Of a DNA stretch of 64,000 bases, positions 50,610 to 61,216 are shown piece after piece. The number at the start of each line of letters is the position of its first letter. Position 1 is the first letter of the stretch. Location: NCBI GenBank assembly GCA_965277715.1, contig OZ255836.1, positions 928,001-992,000 on the forward strand. The letters run 5' to 3'. The notes beneath the pieces are model-generated. The model ran no database searches and had not been told where the DNA came from. It saw only the letters and a list, made by a program, of their open reading frames with translations. This DNA comes from Gammaproteobacteria bacterium. Lineage in GTDB: Bacteria > Pseudomonadota > Gammaproteobacteria > JBCCGL01. Both the position numbers and the translations under genes were made by a program.

Positions 50610-50758
50610 TGCGGTTTGGTTCTTAGAATAATCATATCTTTCACCCGCCCGGTAGGGGTATGTTGAGGATACGTGTAATTTGTTATCACATGGCCCATCA
50701 AGCCGCCACGATTGGCAATTCCGGCTGTAATGCTGGTGGTTCGTCATCCATGAAGAGT

Positions 50759-52009
50759 TTAAATATGTGCAGTGCCCCACCCCTCAAAACAAAACGGATT
50801 AAACACCACCCGCTCCCACAACCGCTCCCGCTCCACAACCCCCAGCTCAGCCAAATCACAAACCTCAGCCCAGCTACTCTCAATCATAGCCACCTGCCGC
50901 TCAATCAACGCCCGCGCCTCAGCCTCAGACAACATAAACGCCCCACAAACCGACAACACATTCGCCAGCGTCGATAAATTCCCCTGTGCCCCGCCAATCT
51001 GCATCGCCTGCGCCGCTTCCCGCCCACTGCGCATCTGTGGACAAAGATCATAAGCAGGTGTCAGCGCCAAATCCTGCCCATCCCAAAACGCCGAATGATT
51101 CCGCGCATGATCATCCGTATTCCCAACCAACACATTAAACACCAACCGCGCATACAACTGATGCAATTCCCGCACGGGTTCCGCAAACGCCTTACGAATC
51201 AGGTCAGCCAAATCACGGTAACTGGCATAACGCGCTTCCATTTCATTCAACCCCAGCAAACTCAAACCACTGAGTAACATGCAACGCTGAATCGAATCAG
51301 CCTGATATGAACGGTCAAAACGTTCCACCAGCAACACATCCTTTCCCGCCACAGACACCAAACGCGTATCAGCAACCCGCAACCCGGCCTTCGCTGCCAG
51401 CTGCATAGCGATATATTCCGCCTTAACAATGTCGTAGCTGTCAGTCGAAGAACTGAACTTAGCAATATAAGCACGCCCATGATCATGCACCAGTGCTTTA
51501 GGCCTTGCCCCGCCGACGCTGGTGCCATGCAGCAAAGCCATATCCAAATCCGCAGGCAGGGGTTTACGCCGATCCACCAGATCGGCTGCCTGCAATAAAT
51601 CCTGTAGCTTCGTCTGTTCAACGTGCCGTGGTTGGTATTCAGTGTTGCTTAGCTGAAAATCTAATGCGCCGATGCGGTCACTACCCGATAGCAACAAATA
51701 ATCCAGCTCGCCAGGCATAAAATCGGGGAAACGATAAGCAACAACCCGTCGCCCCCAGGCGTCAGGTGCAGCATCACGTAAACAGGAATGCAGGGTGTTC
51801 AAACCTTCCGGCTGGAAAGTGCCTGCTTGCAATGGCAGCTCAAAAGGTGAAAACGCAATTGCATCATCACGCTCACGGTAGCTGCGACCATAGGTGAAAT
51901 GATGCAAATTACCCTGCTGACGGATACGCCCGGCAACAACTGGTTCGTCGGTATTGGGCAGCCAAACCCAAACAAAAGCCTGCTCAGCCTGCGCCAATTT
52001 AGAAGTCAT
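50759..52009 (-). CDS. hipA: HipA family Ser/Thr kinase toxin
   Basis: DAAPDAWG, GTSVGGARPKA P-loop, GNTDDHARNH, LTPAYD; reading frame intact. Confidence 0.92.
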   Translation of the reverse strand: MTSKLAQAEQAFVWVWLPNTDEPVVAGRIRQQGNLHHFTYGRSYRERDDAIAFSPFELPLQAGTFQPEGLNTLHSCLRDAAPDAWGRRVVAYRFPDFMPGELDYLLLSGSDRIGALDFQLSNTEYQPRHVEQTKLQDLLQAADLVDRRKPLPADLDMALLHGTSVGGARPKALVHDHGRAYIAKFSSSTDSYDIVKAEYIAMQLAAKAGLRVADTRLVSVAGKDVLLVERFDRSYQADSIQRCMLLSGLSLLGLNEMEARYASYRDLADLIRKAFAEPVRELHQLYARLVFNVLVGNTDDHARNHSAFWDGQDLALTPAYDLCPQMRSGREAAQAMQIGGAQGNLSTLANVLSVCGAFMLSEAEARALIERQVAMIESSWAEVCDLAELGVVERERLWERVVFNPFCFEGWGTAHI

Positions 52010-52334
52010 CGTCTAACTCAACTTTTTGGGTGCGCGTCCGTTCGGGCAATAAACTGGCTAAGCCAGCAACCACTGTAGAAAGTTGTTGTAAACCCTGCTT
52101 ACTCTCCGCCAACAATGGGATACCGACAACCTGCGCCGCTTCAAAGAAAGTCCCAATGGAAACCTTGCTATCTCCCTGTTCAATCGCACTAATCGTCTGG
52201 CGACTAACGCCAACCCTTTCTGCGAGTGATTGCTGTGACATCTTACGTTCACAGCGAGCGACCTGAATCATTTCACCGAAAATATGGAGCACCTTTTCAG
52301 TGTGAAGTGATAAATTGGATGGTGTTTTTGACAT
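51999..52334 (-). CDS. XRE HTH antitoxin (HipB-like)
   Basis: MSQQSLAERVGVSRQTISAIEQG; overlaps the hipA start. Confidence 0.88.
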   Translation of the reverse strand: MSKTPSNLSLHTEKVLHIFGEMIQVARCERKMSQQSLAERVGVSRQTISAIEQGDSKVSIGTFFEAAQVVGIPLLAESKQGLQQLSTVVAGLASLLPERTRTQKVELDDDF

Positions 52335-52398
52335 TTAAAATTCACTAAAAACAATTTAGTGTTAATTATAGCATGCATTTTGTGATCTGGATCGTACC

Positions 52399-52758
52399 TT
52401 GTTGGCGCTATATAACGCGGCGCGTCCACCAGTGGCTAAAAGCGTGGCGATTGCCATGCACACCTATTTTTCCTCGCGCTGGCTGTCACCGCGTCTGACC
52501 GGGTTTATGGTCGATAACCCGGAGATTGCGCTGCGGATTCAACCAATAAATGCGGCGGTAGATTTAGAGGGGCGCGATGTTGATCTGGCTGCGGTGATAG
52601 ACGGGCAGGGGATTGCGCTGTGGGATGGGTTGGTGCAGAAGGAAATTGCTGAAGGGCTGCTGTGTTTTGTATCGGAGAAGGGGCTGCCGGACAGCGGGTT
52701 TTATCTGGTGCCCGGTAAGGACAGACTTAGCTGGGCAGCGTTGAAGTTTGAGAAGTGA
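52399..52758 (+). pseudogene. LysR (GcvA-like) regulator remnant
   Basis: TYFSSRWLSPRL..F...NPEI..DVDLA joins directly to AVIDGQGIAL; no HTH and an apparent internal deletion. Confidence 0.7.
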
Positions 52759-52942
52759 TTGTTAGCGGCGGTTGAGACTGATGTTACAAAGCCTGGCAGG
52801 TTTTTCCCTCCAGATAATTGCCGATGCGTTAATAGTGAAAGCCTGAATACACTGCGATAGCTTTTGCGATACAATCCACGCCTTCCGAAAGCTTATCCAA
52901 TACCAGCCCATCGTTCCGGGTTGGGAATACAACACTGACTCT

Positions 52943-53446
52943 ATGATGCGCTGCCCATTCTGCTCTGCACAAGACACCAAAGTTATCGATTCCCGGTTGG
53001 CTGGCGACAGCGATCAAATTCGCCGCCGCCGTGAATGCGTTAGCTGTACCGAGCGCTTTACCACTTATGAAACAGCAGAGCTGAACCTACCTAATGTAGT
53101 AAAAAGTGATGGCAGCCGCGAGGCGTTTGCGGAGCAAAAATTGCGTGCAGGTATGCATAAATCACTGGAGAAACGCGCTGTTGCCGTCGATGATATCGAG
53201 TCGGCGATTAGCCGTATAAAGCACATGCTTTTCAGCAAAGGCGAGCGCGAAGTGCCCGCCCTGCAAATCGGTGAATGTGTTATGGACGAGCTGCGTAAAC
53301 TGGATCATGTCGCCTATTTGCGCTTCGCTTCGGTATACCTCAGTTTTGAAGATGTTGAGCAATTTCGTGAAGTAATCGACCGACTGCAACGCGAGCCAAG
53401 CCCGGAAGAGACCCGTGACCAGTTGCCCCTGCTCGATGAAAGCTAA
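52943..53446 (+). CDS. nrdR: Transcriptional repressor NrdR
   Basis: [35 protein letters not shown]. Confidence 0.97.
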   Translation: MMRCPFCSAQDTKVIDSRLAGDSDQIRRRRECVSCTERFTTYETAELNLPNVVKSDGSREAFAEQKLRAGMHKSLEKRAVAVDDIESAISRIKHMLFSKGEREVPALQIGECVMDELRKLDHVAYLRFASVYLSFEDVEQFREVIDRLQREPSPEETRDQLPLLDES

Positions 53447-53460
53447 TCACCCGATACACA

Positions 53461-54570
53461 ATGTTTAGTCGGCATGACCATGAGTGTATGAGCCTGGCTA
53501 TCCGCCTGGCCAGAAAAGGGTTGTTCAGTACCGACCCGAACCCACGTGTCGGCTGTGTTATCAGCCGGGATGATAAGGTGATTGCCAGTGGCTGGCACCA
53601 ACAGGCCGGGGGTGCCCATGCAGAAGTCTATGCCATCGATAATGCCGGTACTTCGCTTGTAGGCGCTACAGCCTATGTCACACTGGAACCCTGCTCACAC
53701 CACGGGCGCACACCACCTTGTTGTGAAGCACTGGCCGCATGTGGTATTGCGCGAGTGGTTGTGGCGATGCAGGACCCTAATCCGCAGGTATCGGGTGCGG
53801 GCATTGATTACCTGAGACAGCAAGGTATTCGGGTGGACTATGGGCTAAATGAACGCGAAGCACATGCGCTGAACCCAGGGTTTGCTTCACGTATGGTGCG
53901 CAATCGCCCCTGGGTACGCGTAAAGCTTGCCAGCAGCCTCGACGGTGGCAGCGCCCTGCAAAATGGCGTAAGCCAATGGATCACCGGGGCGGCGGCACGC
54001 CGGGATGGGCATCGCTGGCGCGCCCGCAGTAGCTGTATTCTCACGGGATCGGGTACTGTGAAAGCGGATAACCCTTCACTGACTGTGCGGCTTGAAGATG
54101 AAACGGTGTCTGCCGTCTGTTCAACCAGGCAACCACTACGCGCCATTATCGATAGCCAACTCGTTACTGATCCACAGGCAAAACTGTTCTCGCTCCCCGG
54201 TAAAATACTGATTTTCACAAACCATAGCAGTGACAAATTCTCCCATTTACCGGATGTCTCGGTGGTGGTCTGTAAGCAAACAGCGGCGGGTAAAATCGAT
54301 TTGCACGCGATCATGCATTACCTGGCATCGATTGAGATCAATGAGGTGCACGTCGAAGCGGGGGCGGGCTTGTGCGGTGCGCTATTGCAGGAAAACCTTA
54401 TCGATGAATTGCTTATCTATCAGGCAGCCAGTGTATTGGGGGCAAGCGCCCGCAGTTTGTTCGACCTGCCGGTATTCGATCAAATGCACCAACAAATCCC
54501 TCTGAGGTATCACGATGTGCGCCGCTTTGGTGAGGATCTTCGCTTAATTTTGCGGCCTGCGTTCCGCTGA
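53461..54570 (+). CDS. ribD: Riboflavin biosynthesis deaminase/reductase
   Basis: PNPRVGCV, HAE, TLEPCSHHGRTPPC, SQWITG. Confidence 0.96.
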   Translation: MFSRHDHECMSLAIRLARKGLFSTDPNPRVGCVISRDDKVIASGWHQQAGGAHAEVYAIDNAGTSLVGATAYVTLEPCSHHGRTPPCCEALAACGIARVVVAMQDPNPQVSGAGIDYLRQQGIRVDYGLNEREAHALNPGFASRMVRNRPWVRVKLASSLDGGSALQNGVSQWITGAAARRDGHRWRARSSCILTGSGTVKADNPSLTVRLEDETVSAVCSTRQPLRAIIDSQLVTDPQAKLFSLPGKILIFTNHSSDKFSHLPDVSVVVCKQTAAGKIDLHAIMHYLASIEINEVHVEAGAGLCGALLQENLIDELLIYQAASVLGASARSLFDLPVFDQMHQQIPLRYHDVRRFGEDLRLILRPAFR

Positions 54571-54585
54571 GGTGCTGAAAAGTTT

Positions 54586-55173
54586 ATGTCTACAATCTCT
54601 GTTATTAAGAAAGACCAGTGCATCTGCATCGCCGCCGACACCCTGACCAGTTTTGGCGATATGCAGTTGCACGCGGTAATGGATGCAAACCCCAATAAAA
54701 TCCAGACATTTGGCGACACCCACATTGGCATTGTTGGCAGTGCTGCGCATACACTGGTTGTCGAAAGCGCTTTTAACCAGGATGATTTTGATGCCGACTT
54801 TAGCAGCCGTCAGGCTATCTTTGAAACCTTCACTCAATTGCACGCCGTGCTGAAAGAGCGCTATTTTCTCAACCCTAAAGACGATGACGAAGACCCTTAT
54901 GAATCAACGCGCATCGACTGCCTGATTGCTAATCCCACCGGCGTTTATGCGGTCTACGGCTTGCGTGAGGTCTACGAATACCAACGCTACTGGTCGATTG
55001 GTTCGGGGGCAGATTACGCTCTTGGTGCTATGCACGCGCTCTATGATACAGAGGCCAGTGCAGAATATATTGTCAAAAAGGGTATCGAGGCAGGTGCACA
55101 GTTTAATAATGCAACAGCATTGCCGATGACATGCGAAATAATGTTTGTAACAGATAACAATGCGCCCTGCTGA
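54586..55173 (+). CDS. Proteasome beta/HslV-like Ntn hydrolase (BPH-like)
   Basis: (M)STISVIKK..IAADTLTSFGD..NKI..IGIVG..IGSGADYALGA. Confidence 0.75.
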   Translation: MSTISVIKKDQCICIAADTLTSFGDMQLHAVMDANPNKIQTFGDTHIGIVGSAAHTLVVESAFNQDDFDADFSSRQAIFETFTQLHAVLKERYFLNPKDDDEDPYESTRIDCLIANPTGVYAVYGLREVYEYQRYWSIGSGADYALGAMHALYDTEASAEYIVKKGIEAGAQFNNATALPMTCEIMFVTDNNAPC

Positions 55174-55225
55174 GCACAGCGCCTGCCTAACGCCGATTTT
55201 AATACCCCAACCAGAGTTATTCACT

Positions 55226-55840
55226 ATGTTTACTGGCATTGTACAAAGCGTGGGTCATATCACCTCAATAGCGACGAAAGGCGGTGATCGTCAGCTTGGT
55301 GTCCACCTCGGCAGCTTAGATATTGCCACAATTGCACTGGGTGACAGTATCGCCGTGAATGGGGTTTGTCTGACTGCCGTTAAATTTGCCGATAATACCT
55401 TTCTTGCCGATGTATCGGTTGAGACCTTGAACCTGACAACCCTTGGCGCCCTACAACAGGGTAGCCGGGTTAATCTGGAGCTGGCGTTAATGCCAACATC
55501 ACGCCTTGGCGGCCACCTGGTCAGTGGTCATGTCGATGCACGCGGGGAGATCATTGCCCGCCACCCAGATGCCCGTTCGGAACGCTTTACTGTGCGGGTG
55601 CCGACATCGCTTAGCCGTTACATTGCAGCCAAGGGGTCTGTGTGTGTTGAGGGGGTTAGCCTTACCGTGAACAGCGTTGATAAGGACAGCTTTGCAGTCA
55701 ATATAGTGCCGCATACACTCCAGGCAACCACGCTGGGTGAGTGTGTGCCGGGTACGCACGTCAATATTGAAATCGATGTGATAGCCCGCTACCTTGAACG
55801 CCTGCTACCGTTGGCGCGTTCAGAAAAAGTGCCACAATAG
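55226..55840 (+). CDS. ribE: Riboflavin synthase (alpha chain)
   Basis: MFTGIV, GDSIAVNGVCLT, GGHLVSGHVD. Confidence 0.96.
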   Translation: MFTGIVQSVGHITSIATKGGDRQLGVHLGSLDIATIALGDSIAVNGVCLTAVKFADNTFLADVSVETLNLTTLGALQQGSRVNLELALMPTSRLGGHLVSGHVDARGEIIARHPDARSERFTVRVPTSLSRYIAAKGSVCVEGVSLTVNSVDKDSFAVNIVPHTLQATTLGECVPGTHVNIEIDVIARYLERLLPLARSEKVPQ

Positions 55841-56069
55841 CCGTGGAAGTAGAAAGAAGCCGTATTTCAAGACAAAGTACGGTTACACGCATTGCTGAAA
55901 AAGACAGGCATTTATCCGGGTTTTGAATAAACCTGTATGCACCTCAAGATTAAAACTAATACAAATTTTCCGTGAACAGGGTTTCCCACCACTGGTGATT
56001 AAATGGCATTGCGCGTAAGCTTGCGCGCTGCTAAACAATCACCCAATAACCGATGAATCAACCGACACC

Positions 56070-57185
56070 GTGAATACTACCGCTGAACTGATTGAAGACA
56101 TCTATGCCGGTAAAATGGTGATTTTGATGGATGACGAAGGGCGCGAAAACGAGGGTGACCTGATTATGGCGGCCTCGCTCACACGCGCCGAAGACATTAA
56201 CTTTATGGCCAGTTATGGGCGCGGGTTGATTTGTTTAACACTCACCCGCGAACGCTGCCAGCAGTTGCGTTTACCGTTAATGGTCAACCAAAACCAGGCA
56301 GCTCACGGCACTAATTTCACGGTATCTATCGAAGCGGCTGAAGGCGTTACCACGGGTATTTCTGCCGCTGACAGAGCGTGCACTATTCAAACGGCGGTGA
56401 ATGCGCAGGCCAAACCCGAAGCGCTGGTTCAACCGGGGCATATTTTTCCCCTAATGGCACAGGCCGGGGGGGTATTAAACCGGGCCGGGCATACCGAGGC
56501 CGGTTGTGATCTGGCGCGCCTGGCCGGGCTGGAACCCGCCGCCACGATTGTGGAAATACTCAACCCGGATGGCAGCATGGCGCGGCGTAGTGATCTGGAG
56601 GTTTTTGCCGCGCAGCACCAGTTGAAAATAGGCACTATTGAAGACCTGATTCGTTACCGTATCCAAAATGAACGCACCGTTGAGCGCGTGGCAGAATCTG
56701 AATTTCCGACTAAACTGGGTGAGTTTCACCTTTATGCCTATCAGGATGTTATCGATAACGCGGTACATTTCGCGCTTGTAAAAGGGGATATCGATGCCGA
56801 AACCCCCATCCCGGTACGGGTCCATGTCGAAAATACCCTGGTCGATTCTCTGGGCGCTGCCTTTGGTGGCGGTTGGCCGATGTGGGATGCGATGCAAAAA
56901 ATCGTCGAACTGGGGACGGGCGTGTTGGTTATCCTGCGCAAGCCGGAAAACCCCGGCGCCTTGGTTCGCAGTATCGAACACTACAGAGTAAATAGGGGCA
57001 GACCGGAATCGCCCAAAGCGGATGATGATGCGTCACAAGCACCGGAAAACCTGCGCACCTATGGTATGGGTGCGCAAATACTCGCCGACCTCGGTGTGCG
57101 CAAAATGAACCTGTTAAGTGCACCTAAGATATTTCATGGTCTGGCCGGTTTTGATCTTGAAATTGTAGATTACATAACAGATTAA
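56070..57185 (+). CDS. ribB: DHBP synthase fused to a degenerate GTP cyclohydrolase II domain (RibBX-type)
   Basis: [19 protein letters not shown]; the C-terminal domain lacks the Zn-binding cysteines after VRVH. Confidence 0.92.
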   Translation: MNTTAELIEDIYAGKMVILMDDEGRENEGDLIMAASLTRAEDINFMASYGRGLICLTLTRERCQQLRLPLMVNQNQAAHGTNFTVSIEAAEGVTTGISAADRACTIQTAVNAQAKPEALVQPGHIFPLMAQAGGVLNRAGHTEAGCDLARLAGLEPAATIVEILNPDGSMARRSDLEVFAAQHQLKIGTIEDLIRYRIQNERTVERVAESEFPTKLGEFHLYAYQDVIDNAVHFALVKGDIDAETPIPVRVHVENTLVDSLGAAFGGGWPMWDAMQKIVELGTGVLVILRKPENPGALVRSIEHYRVNRGRPESPKADDDASQAPENLRTYGMGAQILADLGVRKMNLLSAPKIFHGLAGFDLEIVDYITD

Positions 57186-57217
57186 GAAATTTACCTAACA
57201 TATTGAAATATATAAAT

Positions 57218-57688
57218 ATGAATGAATCAAAAATAATCGAAGGCCACCTGCGTATCAATGCGGCCCGCTTTGCCTTACTGGTTGCACGTTTTAATGGTTT
57301 TGTCGTCGAGAGCTTGCTGGCAGGGGCTGAAGATACGCTTAAACGCAGTGGCATTGACGCCAGCGACATCACTATCGTACGGGTACCCGGTGCCTACGAA
57401 ATGCCATTGGTTGCCAATAAGCTAGCTGCCAGTGGCGACTATGACGCTATTATCGCCCTCGGTGCAGTGATTCGTGGCTCTACTCCACATTTTGACTATG
57501 TGGCGGGCGAGTGCAGCAAGGGCCTGGCCCAAGTGTCGCTTCAACACTCGGTGCCCGTGGCATTTGGTGTATTAACCACCGATACTATCGAACAGGCGAT
57601 TGAGCGTGCGGGCACTAAAGCGGGCAACAAAGGGGCAGAAGCGGCGCATACAGCGATTGAAATGGTTAGCTTGTTGCGTGCGCTATAG
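57218..57688 (+). CDS. ribH: 6,7-dimethyl-8-ribityllumazine synthase
   Basis: [30 protein letters not shown]. Confidence 0.97.
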   Translation: MNESKIIEGHLRINAARFALLVARFNGFVVESLLAGAEDTLKRSGIDASDITIVRVPGAYEMPLVANKLAASGDYDAIIALGAVIRGSTPHFDYVAGECSKGLAQVSLQHSVPVAFGVLTTDTIEQAIERAGTKAGNKGAEAAHTAIEMVSLLRAL

Positions 57689-58137
57689 TGTCATCGGCTT
57701 CACAAAAAACCTTTGCGCGTCGCCTGGCGCGAAAAAAGGCTGTGCAGGCACTTTATCAATGGGATTTATCAGGCACCGATATCCCCGTTATTATTGAGCA
57801 ATTCAAACAGTATCAGGACATGGTGAAAGTGGATCTGATCTATTTTGAACAACTGATACGCGGTGTGCCAAAAAACCTCGATATACTCGATGAGGAAATC
57901 ACCCGGCATATTTCCCGAAAACTGGATGACCTCGACCCTATTGAACGCAACATACTGCGATTGTGTAGCTACGAACTTAGCGAATGCATGGAGATTCCCT
58001 ACAAGGTCATCATCAACGAAGCCGTCGAGCTTACCAAAATATTTGGCGCAGAACAGGGGCACAAATTTGTCAACGGTGTTATCGACAAAATCGCCCGACA
58101 ACTTCGCCCGCTGGAAGCGGATCAAAATGTGCATTAG
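57688..58137 (+). CDS. nusB: Transcription antitermination factor NusB
   Basis: RRLARKKAVQALYQW, INEAVELTK.FG, FVNGVID. Confidence 0.96.
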   Translation: MSSASQKTFARRLARKKAVQALYQWDLSGTDIPVIIEQFKQYQDMVKVDLIYFEQLIRGVPKNLDILDEEITRHISRKLDDLDPIERNILRLCSYELSECMEIPYKVIINEAVELTKIFGAEQGHKFVNGVIDKIARQLRPLEADQNVH

Positions 58138-58143
58138 CAGGCT

Positions 58144-58623
58144 ATGCGCACACTGACACTGAATGATCTATTGCACCATCCCGCGCATTTTCCCGCGCTG
58201 GGTTTTGGGGTGGGTTTATCACCCTGGGCGCCGGGTACGCTGGGTACTTTAATAGCGGTACCACTGTATTGGCTGGCAATGCACTACGCCATGCCTTTTT
58301 ATGCCGTTATCGTATTGATTGCCAGTGTTGTCGGTATTTATATCTGCGATGTGACAGCAAAAAACCTGGGCACGCACGATCACGGGGGCATCGTATGGGA
58401 TGAAATCGCCGGTTTTGGTGTAACCCTACTTTGGCTGCCTTTTGAGTGGCAATGGGTTGTGGCAGGGTTTGTGCTGTTTCGTTTTTTTGACATCGTTAAA
58501 CCCTGGCCGATTGCCTGGTTTGATCGGCATGTACAGGGCGGGCTGGGGATTATGCTTGATGATATTGTCGCCGGGGCGTTTGCCTGTGGGCTGCTGCATT
58601 TGTTTCGGGTGTTGGTCAATTAA
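58144..58623 (+). CDS. pgpA: Phosphatidylglycerophosphatase A
   Basis: APGTLGT, HDHGGIVWDE, FRFFDIVKPWP, GIMLDD. Confidence 0.95.
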   Translation: MRTLTLNDLLHHPAHFPALGFGVGLSPWAPGTLGTLIAVPLYWLAMHYAMPFYAVIVLIASVVGIYICDVTAKNLGTHDHGGIVWDEIAGFGVTLLWLPFEWQWVVAGFVLFRFFDIVKPWPIAWFDRHVQGGLGIMLDDIVAGAFACGLLHLFRVLVN

Positions 58624-58636
58624 TACTTATTAATGC

Positions 58637-59218
58637 TTAAGGTACACAAACCCCCATCGCACCTAACATCCCGCACAGGCAAATCAGCGGCAGGCCAACA
58701 ATCGCCGTAGGATCATTTCCGGTAATACCTTCAAACAGGGAAATACCTAACCCTTCAGATTTAAAACTTCCCGCACACTGATAAGGTTGTTCTGCCTGTA
58801 GATAACGTTCAATTTGCGCATCGGGTAACGCCCTGAAAGTCACTTGGGTGCTCACCTGCTCCAGTAAATAGTGGTTGTTTGCTGTGTTGTAAACACAGAT
58901 TCCGGTATAAAACACAATGGTACGGCCAGAGGCAGCGCGTAGTTGCTCCACCGCTGCAGCGTGATTGCCGGGTTTACCGAGAATCAATCCATCGCGCTCG
59001 GCCACCTGATCGGAGCCAATAATCAAGGCATCAGAGTATTGCGATTGCAAACTGGCGGCTTTTTCGTGTGAGAGGCGCAAAACCAACTCACGCGCTGATT
59101 CTGATGGCAGTGGTGTTTCGTCGCAATTGGGTGCTGCTGTTGTGAAATCCAAATTGAGTCGTTGTAACAATTCAGCCCGGTAGGGTGAGGTTGAAGCCAA
59201 TACAAGCATGTGTTGCAC
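58637..59218 (-). CDS. Maf family nucleotide pyrophosphatase (YceF-like)
   Basis: LASTSPYR, IGSDQ, CAGSFKSEGLG. Confidence 0.92.
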   Translation of the reverse strand: MQHMLVLASTSPYRAELLQRLNLDFTTAAPNCDETPLPSESARELVLRLSHEKAASLQSQYSDALIIGSDQVAERDGLILGKPGNHAAAVEQLRAASGRTIVFYTGICVYNTANNHYLLEQVSTQVTFRALPDAQIERYLQAEQPYQCAGSFKSEGLGISLFEGITGNDPTAIVGLPLICLCGMLGAMGVCVP

Positions 59219-59361
59219 TCAATCATAATAAAAAGCGACACAGTATAGGCCTTACTACTCAGTGACGGGTAGACCATCCATTATCAGGATAAAAAGCACC
59301 TAAATAGTTGCGCAACTTATTAATTGACTGAATGTAACAGCACACATAGAATTAGCCGGTT

Positions 59362-59934
59362 ATGTTGAAGCGCATGCCTGTAGAACTGAATATCCCCAGA
59401 TTAACGGCCAATAATGCTTCTTTACGTGGGGGGATAAAGCTCAATCAGTTCAAACGGCTGGCCGATTATTTGCACACTCCCGGTAGCGGTGATCTCAATC
59501 TGGAGCTGACTTTTTCCAGCAGCCTGGCGGTTAACCCAAAACGGGCACATTTTATCGTGAGTGGGCAGTTTCAGGGGGATGTAAAACTGGAGTGCCAGCG
59601 TTGTACCGGGACAATGGATTTTCATCTGGCCGGGGCATTTGATTTTGTGCTGGTCAAAACCGAGGCCGACGCTGAAAGTGTTGGCGGAATTTATGAACCG
59701 GTTTTAATGGATGAATTCGACAGAATACGTAGCGTCGATTTAATTGAAGACGAGTTGATACTGCACATACCAATAGCACCGCGTCACGCCGATGGGGAGC
59801 AATGTATTGACGAAAGCTGCCTGATTAATACGCACTTGATTAACACGAACCTGAATAGTACCAACGGGAAAAACAACGACGAAAGGCCAGGGCACGCCCA
59901 TCCTTTCAATATATTGAAAAATTTAACAGTTTGA
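59362..59934 (+). CDS. yceD: DUF177/YceD family protein
   Basis: LECQRC, LIEDELIL, HPF..LK; directly upstream of rpmF. Confidence 0.9.
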   Translation: MLKRMPVELNIPRLTANNASLRGGIKLNQFKRLADYLHTPGSGDLNLELTFSSSLAVNPKRAHFIVSGQFQGDVKLECQRCTGTMDFHLAGAFDFVLVKTEADAESVGGIYEPVLMDEFDRIRSVDLIEDELILHIPIAPRHADGEQCIDESCLINTHLINTNLNSTNGKNNDERPGHAHPFNILKNLTV

Positions 59935-59947
59935 TTTGGAGTAAAGC

Positions 59948-60142
59948 ATGGCCGTACAACAACGACGTAAAACACCCTCCCGCCGTGGGATGCGCCGCTC
60001 GCACGATTCATTGAGTGGCAGCACCTTATCTATCGACCCTACCAGTGGTGAAGTGCATCGGCGCCACCATGTAACCAGCGATGGTTTTTACAAAGGCAAT
60101 AAGGTCGTCGAGACCGCCTCTGAAGACGACAGCGAAGACTAA
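59948..60142 (+). CDS. rpmF: 50S ribosomal protein L32
   Basis: [20 protein letters not shown]. Confidence 0.97.
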   Translation: MAVQQRRKTPSRRGMRRSHDSLSGSTLSIDPTSGEVHRRHHVTSDGFYKGNKVVETASEDDSED

Positions 60143-60202
60143 GCGCGTACGCGCTATTCTCTCTATTGATTAAACACCGTTTTATCGTTTTGTGGTGACC
60201 CT

Positions 60203-61213
60203 GTGAGTAACCCCGTCACCATTGCGCTCGATGTTATGAGTGGGGATGCTGGTGGAAATGCCACTATCCCCGCTGCGCTGGATACCCTTAAACGCCACGC
60301 AAATATCAATCTGCTGTTGCTGGGTGATGAAACAGAAATAGCGCAAAAACTAACCGGTGATTTCGATGCCAGGCGTATCGAGATTCAACATACCAGCCAG
60401 GTCGTTACCATGGACGATTCGCTGGCGCTCGCTTTGCGTGGCAAGCGCGATTCGTCAATGCGCCAGTCTATCAATGCGGTCAAACAGGGCAAAGCGGATG
60501 CCTGTGTCAGCGCTGGCAATACGGGCGCACTAATGGCCACAGCCCACTATGTATTGAAAACCCTGCCCGGCATTGACCGACCGGCGATCAGTACCTCAAT
60601 CCCCGCTATTCAGGGGCACACCCACATGCTCGATCTGGGTGCCAATGTTAACAGTACCGCAGAACACCTATTTCAGTTTGCCGTTATGGGTTCGGTATTG
60701 GCCAATGCCGTCGATAATATCAAATCACCGCGTATTGGCCTGTTAAATATTGGTGCTGAAGCAATCAAAGGGAATGATCAGGTAAAAGAGGCGAGCCGTA
60801 TGCTGAAAAACAGTGGTTTAAATTACTGTGGGTTTGTCGAAGGGGACGGCATCTTCTCGGATGCGGCCGATGTGGTGGTTTGTGATGGTTTTGTTGGCAA
60901 TGTATCGCTCAAGAGCAGTGAAGGGGTTGCCAGAATGATCAGCCATTACATGCGTGAAGAGTTCAGCAAAAACGTATTTAACAAGTTGGCAGGGCTTATC
61001 GCGATGCCCGTACTCAAAGCGTTTAAACAGCGTATCGATCCCAGGCAATACAATGGTGCCAGCCTGTTGGGTTTACAGGGCATTGTGGTCAAGAGTCACG
61101 GCAGTGCGGATGCGTTTTCCTTTCAACGTGCCATTGAAATAGCCATACTGGAAGTGGCAAAAGACATACCCAACCGAATTGATAGTCAGTTAGAAAAACA
61201 CCTTGTGAGCTGA
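60203..61213 (+). CDS. plsX: Phosphate acyltransferase PlsX
   Basis: IALDVMSGD, SAGNTGA, LDLGAN, VKSHGS. Confidence 0.96.
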   Translation: MSNPVTIALDVMSGDAGGNATIPAALDTLKRHANINLLLLGDETEIAQKLTGDFDARRIEIQHTSQVVTMDDSLALALRGKRDSSMRQSINAVKQGKADACVSAGNTGALMATAHYVLKTLPGIDRPAISTSIPAIQGHTHMLDLGANVNSTAEHLFQFAVMGSVLANAVDNIKSPRIGLLNIGAEAIKGNDQVKEASRMLKNSGLNYCGFVEGDGIFSDAADVVVCDGFVGNVSLKSSEGVARMISHYMREEFSKNVFNKLAGLIAMPVLKAFKQRIDPRQYNGASLLGLQGIVVKSHGSADAFSFQRAIEIAILEVAKDIPNRIDSQLEKHLVS

Positions 61214-61216
61214 ACA

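Noticed and set aside
50660-51277. Plus-strand Pro/His/Gln-rich ORFs
   Set aside because: Shadow frames produced by the C/A skew of the hipA antisense strand.
55841-56069. FMN riboswitch in the 230-bp gap before ribB
   Set aside because: The conserved RFN blocks (AGGGCGGGG..AAATTCCCCACCGGCGG, AGTCCGGATG) are not present.
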